Assembly: GCA_977862235.1 (NCBI GenBank) | Contig: OZ374561.1 | Span: 2,294,001 to 2,358,000, forward strand | Length of the DNA: 64,000 bases | DNA from: Dudresnaya verticillata | Taxonomy: Eukaryota | Direction of reading: 5' to 3' | In this document: in pieces, positions 62,181-64,000 of the stretch | How positions within the stretch are numbered: the stretch's first letter is position 1 | How the letters are laid out: each line of letters begins with the position of its first letter | Program-made: the position numbers and the translations under genes | Notes under the pieces: generated by a model | Told to the model about the DNA's origin: nothing | What the model saw: the letters and a program-made list of their open reading frames with translations, nothing else | The model's database searches: none

Positions 62181-63998
62181 TTAGCCCACCATTGCCTTGG
62201 TGATGGTGGAGGGGACGCCGAGACGTCTCCTCTTGCAATATGAGATAACTTGACTCCGCGGTAGATGTTGTATGGGCTCCCATGTATTTTGCGAAGACGG
62301 ATAGCCGTACCATTTGACTTCAAACAGAAGTTGTGTATTATCATAACTGTGGTTCACCACTTTTTCGATGACATACTCGTCACGCTGCGGAATGTCGGCA
62401 TGGTGTCGGTGCCTTGATGACACGGTGTCATCAGGCCGAGGGTCCGATTGTGACACGCGTGGAGCGGCGGTAGCTATACGGCGACTCCGTCTGGGGCTTG
62501 GCGTGCCAATGGTCGCGGTTGTGACTTGATTGCGGTCTGCCGCTTCTGATCCGAGGATCCGGCTCACGAGAGGCCGCGTAGGGATTTCCCTAATGGTGTC
62601 GTCAAACGTGACGTTCTTTCTTGGTGGGCGTGGAGAATCCTCCTGGTGGTTTTCTTGCGTTCTAGACGCGTCTGGTGACACATCGCGTGTCTCTCCTTCA
62701 GGAGCGGGGCCCTTCCCGTTAGCGGGTAGGGTTTCAGCCTGACTATGGGGCCGTGACTCATCCACCTGATTGATGTCAGCCGAGTTTGCGGCAGGTGTTA
62801 GGCGATGGGTGTGTAGTGTCCCGGATGGGTGTGGCTCGAGGTCTTCCGCTATCCGACGAATAGGCGAGCCTTTGCGGAGTATATCCCGCGTCGCTGCTTC
62901 TTGTGGAGTACTCTCCTGGGAGGCGGTTATGCCGGTATTCTACGTGGGTTGCCGTTGACGAGGAGTTTCCTCCGAGTGGGGGTCGTCGGGCGATATCGCT
63001 GGTGCCTTTGGTGAGGTATCATGAGGAATTCCCTCTATTGTACCGTTGACGGCCTTGGTGCCTTCTGAGACAGCGTGCGGTTGATCCGCGATGGGGTGTC
63101 CATTTGCGCGGGCGCCGTTCGCTGGCCTGGATTCCGGCTCCAAACTTGCGTGAGCAGGAGTTGGAGTGGGAGCGGCGGCGTCAGCGCGTGTGGTGGGTGG
63201 TGAGTGAATTGCGGTAGTCCGCGTGCGGACGCCAGCGGTGCGTCTGGGTACTACGGGCGGCGGTAAATCCGCCAATCCGCGATCATTGCGTGGCTGTAGG
63301 GCTGGCGCCACAGCATGAAAAGTAATTGGGACATTTTCCCCGTGAGACACAGTAGCTCCGTCAGCGCGCTGCATTCGAGTATGATCGTTATTGAGATCGT
63401 CCGTTGGCGGTAATTCCGCATCTGTCAGGTCTGCCGTCCCTTCGGCGTTGGCTTGGTTGGTCGCGTCCCTTGGTGGGGCGGGCGCCAACACGACTCTGTC
63501 GCGGGAAATCCGCTCGTATTCAGGCCCGTCCTTCTCGACGGTGACCGTCTTGTCATTTGCGTCACTCACGCGATAGGGGCCGTCGGCGATAGGCGCCAGT
63601 TTTTGTTTTGGGGTATCCTTCCCATAGTACTCCTTACGTACGTAGACGTAGGAGTCTACTCCGATGACGTTGCGTGAGGGACGTACCCTGTTATCGAAAT
63701 TGCGTTTGTATCGCGCTTGTGTCTGTTCAACGCCTTTGGTGGCAGTTGACAGTAGTCCTGTGAGCCAGGACTGCCATTTGGCGTGGAATGTAGCCGAACT
63801 CGGCACTGGTTCCAGTGAGGGATGTGCCTCGACGCTTAGAGCGGGTGGAGGTCTGGAAAGTATCAGTTGAAAGGGGGCCAGGTTCGTGGTAGAATGAACT
63901 TGCGTATTGTACGCGTAGGTGATGGCATCTGAGAATAAATCCCATTCACGCGGATGGTCCGCAACGTAGTGCAGTAGCGCGGCGCGCATTGTATGCAC
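62181..63998 (-). pseudogene. pol: Integrase C-terminus, linker and chromodomain of Gypsy E
   Basis: YAYNTQVHSTT, ADGPYRV, in-frame stop at 62940, FEVKWYGYPSSQNTWEP. Confidence 0.93.
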
Positions 63999-64000
63999 CG

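Larger units (their letters stand above)
57863..64000 (-). mobile_element. Gypsy chromovirus E (3' part), same lineage as element C
   Basis: Integrase C-terminus, chromodomain, PPT matching that of element C, 3' LTR. Confidence 0.93.

Overview
Eukaryotic, almost entirely transposon-derived window with no recognisable host gene; a red-algal (Florideophyte-like) host is my inference from the TE protein styles, not something the sequence proves. In order: (A) 3' part of a degenerate chromodomain Ty3/Gypsy element (1-9425) with an antisense ORF; a Harbinger fragment; a minus-strand DIRS/PAT-type tyrosine-recombinase retrotransposon (~12538-25811) hit by three later insertions (a non-autonomous LTR element C with TSD CCCAG, a solo LTR with TSD CTATG, a telomere-like tract); a ~19 kb gene cluster resembling a giant KDZ (Kyakuja-Dileera-Zisupton) DNA transposon with a CxC/KDZ transposase, Ulp1 protease, Pif1 helicase and three orphan genes; a 5'-truncated LINE inserted in a hairpin (TSD GATTGGC); a Harbinger element; Gypsy D with an open pol; and minus-strand Gypsy E with a homologous antisense ORF. 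Main observations: (1) about 20 copies of the palindrome RGACA-N4-TGTCY confined to the KDZ-like cluster and written through its coding sequence in different frames; (2) an orphan antisense protein family conserved between two divergent Gypsy lineages, each lineage being enriched for its own palindrome (CGCC-N3-GGCG vs GGAWWTCC). Together these suggest, as a hypothesis, TE-encoded sequence-specific self-recognition or anti-silencing systems.
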